A DNA stretch of 55,343 nt, taken from contig JAKSSM010000001.1 in assembly GCA_024403065.1 (NCBI GenBank), positions 1 to 55,343 on the forward strand, read 5' to 3'. The DNA comes from Clostridia bacterium (GTDB lineage Bacteria > Bacillota > Clostridia > Peptostreptococcales > Anaerovoracaceae). Shown piece after piece: positions 54,041 through 55,343 of this stretch. Each line of letters starts with the position of its first letter. Position 1 is the first letter of the stretch. Below the pieces are notes generated by a model. It saw nothing but the letters and a program-made list of their open reading frames with translations, did no database searches and was not told the origin of the DNA. Made by a program: the position numbers and the translations under genes.

Positions 54041-55343
54041 CTATTCTACGGACTTGAGGGACTCAACCATCTGAATCTTTCGGAGTGGTTTCTTTGTGAG
54101 CTGAAGTACGAAAAGGGTAAAGAGTATTGTTATTGCAAAAGCATATACAAAGCTTATAGGCCTTATTACATTTCCAAATTTTATCATTTCCATACTTATG
54201 ATATTCATGATGAAGTGATGTTCAATTACTCCAAGTGGAAGTCCGAGAAGTCCTCCTATTACAGAAAGAAGCAGTATTTCTTTGAAGAGGTATGCGTTTA
54301 CTTCACCATTTCTGAAACCAAGAACCTTAAGGGTTGCAATTTCTCTCATTCGTTCTGAAATGTTAACCTGAGTAAGGTTTATGAGTACAACAAGGGCTAA
54401 AGCACCTGCGGTAATTATGATGACCATAATGATATAGTCTAAGGCTTTAATCATATTGTTGAAGGTTGAAATCATTGAATTGAAGTTTCCTGTGGAACGG
54501 TATCCTTCGATTTCTGATATTTCTGAAACCATTTTTTTTCCATTTTCACTGGATACTGCAATATTATGTGGATGAACTGCTTCGCCAAATACTGATTTAT
54601 AGTAGCTTTCGGAAATGAATACATAGTGCTGGAAGTAGAATTCTGCTACATCATCAACCAAAACATCCGCCTTATACCCTGATTTCGATTCAATTGTAAT
54701 TGTATCGCCCTTTCTGATATTGTTGTTCTTTGCGAATTTCTCTGATATGATGACACCATTTGCACTTAGATTAATCTTTGTTCTTGTTCCTGCACGTCTC
54801 AGATTAAGAATGTTTCTTGACTGCTTTGCATCAACAACAATCGCATTAAGTGTCTTGTCATCGCTTTTTCCGTCATAGTATTTCGTTGAATATCCCATAT
54901 ATGGAACGGAGTAGTCAACTTCCAGGTCGTCAGTTAAAACCTCGATGAATTCATCAAGATTTCTGTCATCTTCAAGATTTACAGTATACTGATAATTGAA
55001 GATGTCTCCAAACTGGATGTTTACAATATCAGCAATGGAATTCTTTATACCCCATCCTACAACAAGTAATCCTGTACATCCTGCAACACCGATTACTGTC
55101 ATAAGGAACCTTGACTTGTACCTTATGAGATTTCTTGCTGTAATCTTTCCAGTGAAAGAGAATCTGTTCCAGATGAATCTGTTCTTTTCAAGGAAAATCG
55201 GTTTAGAACTCTTTGGTGCCTTTGGTCTCATAAGCTGTGATGGTACTTCTCTTAAGGAAGCACGGACAACAATCATGCTTACTGCACTCATGAGAAGGGC
55301 AAATGACAGTATGCATACAATAAGGATCAGTGGGGAAATAACA
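54041..55343 (-). CDS. FtsX/MacB-type ABC transporter permease, C-terminal part; 5' end lies outside the window
   Basis: Frame remains open (hydrophobic helix) from the listed ATG 55291 to the window edge. Large extracytoplasmic domain followed by the FtsX 3-TM bundle (...REIATLKVLGFRNGEV...). Confidence 0.8.
   Translation of the reverse strand, partial: VISPLILIVCILSFALLMSAVSMIVVRASLREVPSQLMRPKAPKSSKPIFLEKNRFIWNRFSFTGKITARNLIRYKSRFLMTVIGVAGCTGLLVVGWGIKNSIADIVNIQFGDIFNYQYTVNLEDDRNLDEFIEVLTDDLEVDYSVPYMGYSTKYYDGKSDDKTLNAIVVDAKQSRNILNLRRAGTRTKINLSANGVIISEKFAKNNNIRKGDTITIESKSGYKADVLVDDVAEFYFQHYVFISESYYKSVFGEAVHPHNIAVSSENGKKMVSEISEIEGYRSTGNFNSMISTFNNMIKALDYIIMVIIITAGALALVVLINLTQVNISERMREIATLKVLGFRNGEVNAYLFKEILLLSVIGGLLGLPLGVIEHHFIMNIISMEMIKFGNVIRPISFVYAFAITILFTLFVLQLTKKPLRKIQMVESLKSVE

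Noticed and set aside
1-55343. Search for CRISPR arrays, tRNA/rRNA genes, riboswitch-length leaders, IS elements, integrases, restriction-modification or classical toxin-antitoxin/defence genes
   Set aside because: I saw no regularly spaced direct repeats, no cloverleaf-like or rRNA-like segments, and no transposase, integrase, helicase or nuclease motifs in any long ORF. Most intergenic regions are shorter than 150 nt and are explained by promoters and terminators. The longest are 28504-28721 and 33566-33776. A covariance-model scan (Infernal/Rfam, tRNAscan) would be needed to exclude small RNAs.

Overview
Densely coding 55.3-kb chromosomal stretch (about 59 CDS on both strands) from a low-GC Gram-positive anaerobe. 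CTT/AAG/AGA/CAG codon preference and gene content suggest Clostridia, possibly Lachnospiraceae (inference only). I recognised no rRNA, tRNA, CRISPR array, transposase, integrase or phage gene. Most genes are transport or metabolism: prmA, a threonine-aldolase-like enzyme, an MsbA-type ABC exporter, a SulP anion transporter, an amino-acid ABC system behind two tandem M20 deacylases, class II FBP aldolase followed by an Fbp/Afu-type ABC importer and two HAD phosphatases, an S8 lipoprotein protease, and an XpaC/TelA stress operon. A sigma-54 activator sits upstream of a perfect -24/-12 promoter driving a dehydrogenase + BKACE + AtoE operon. The best candidate for an undescribed system is a bicistronic operon (16480-19172). 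It couples a radical SAM enzyme with a twitch/SPASM-like C-terminus to a single-pass membrane protein whose predicted cytoplasmic tail carries a zinc ribbon, poly-Ser and 10 Cys in 33 residues (HSSCA x3, CACACACA, GGGRAGC), encoded by in-frame tandem DNA repeats. Other points of interest: (1) an ABC exporter fused to a C-terminal GNAT domain; (2) two small islets of atypical codon usage, 10.9-12.4 kb bracketed by a 10-bp direct repeat and 50.5-52.3 kb bracketed by near-identical hairpins; (3) a MocR-type regulator that has lost its PLP lysine and C-terminal subdomain; (4) a small ORF that copies the C-terminal helix of TelA; (5) two full-length paralogous PlsC-like acyltransferases with zinc ribbons. 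All functional calls come from motif recognition by eye and no database search was run.
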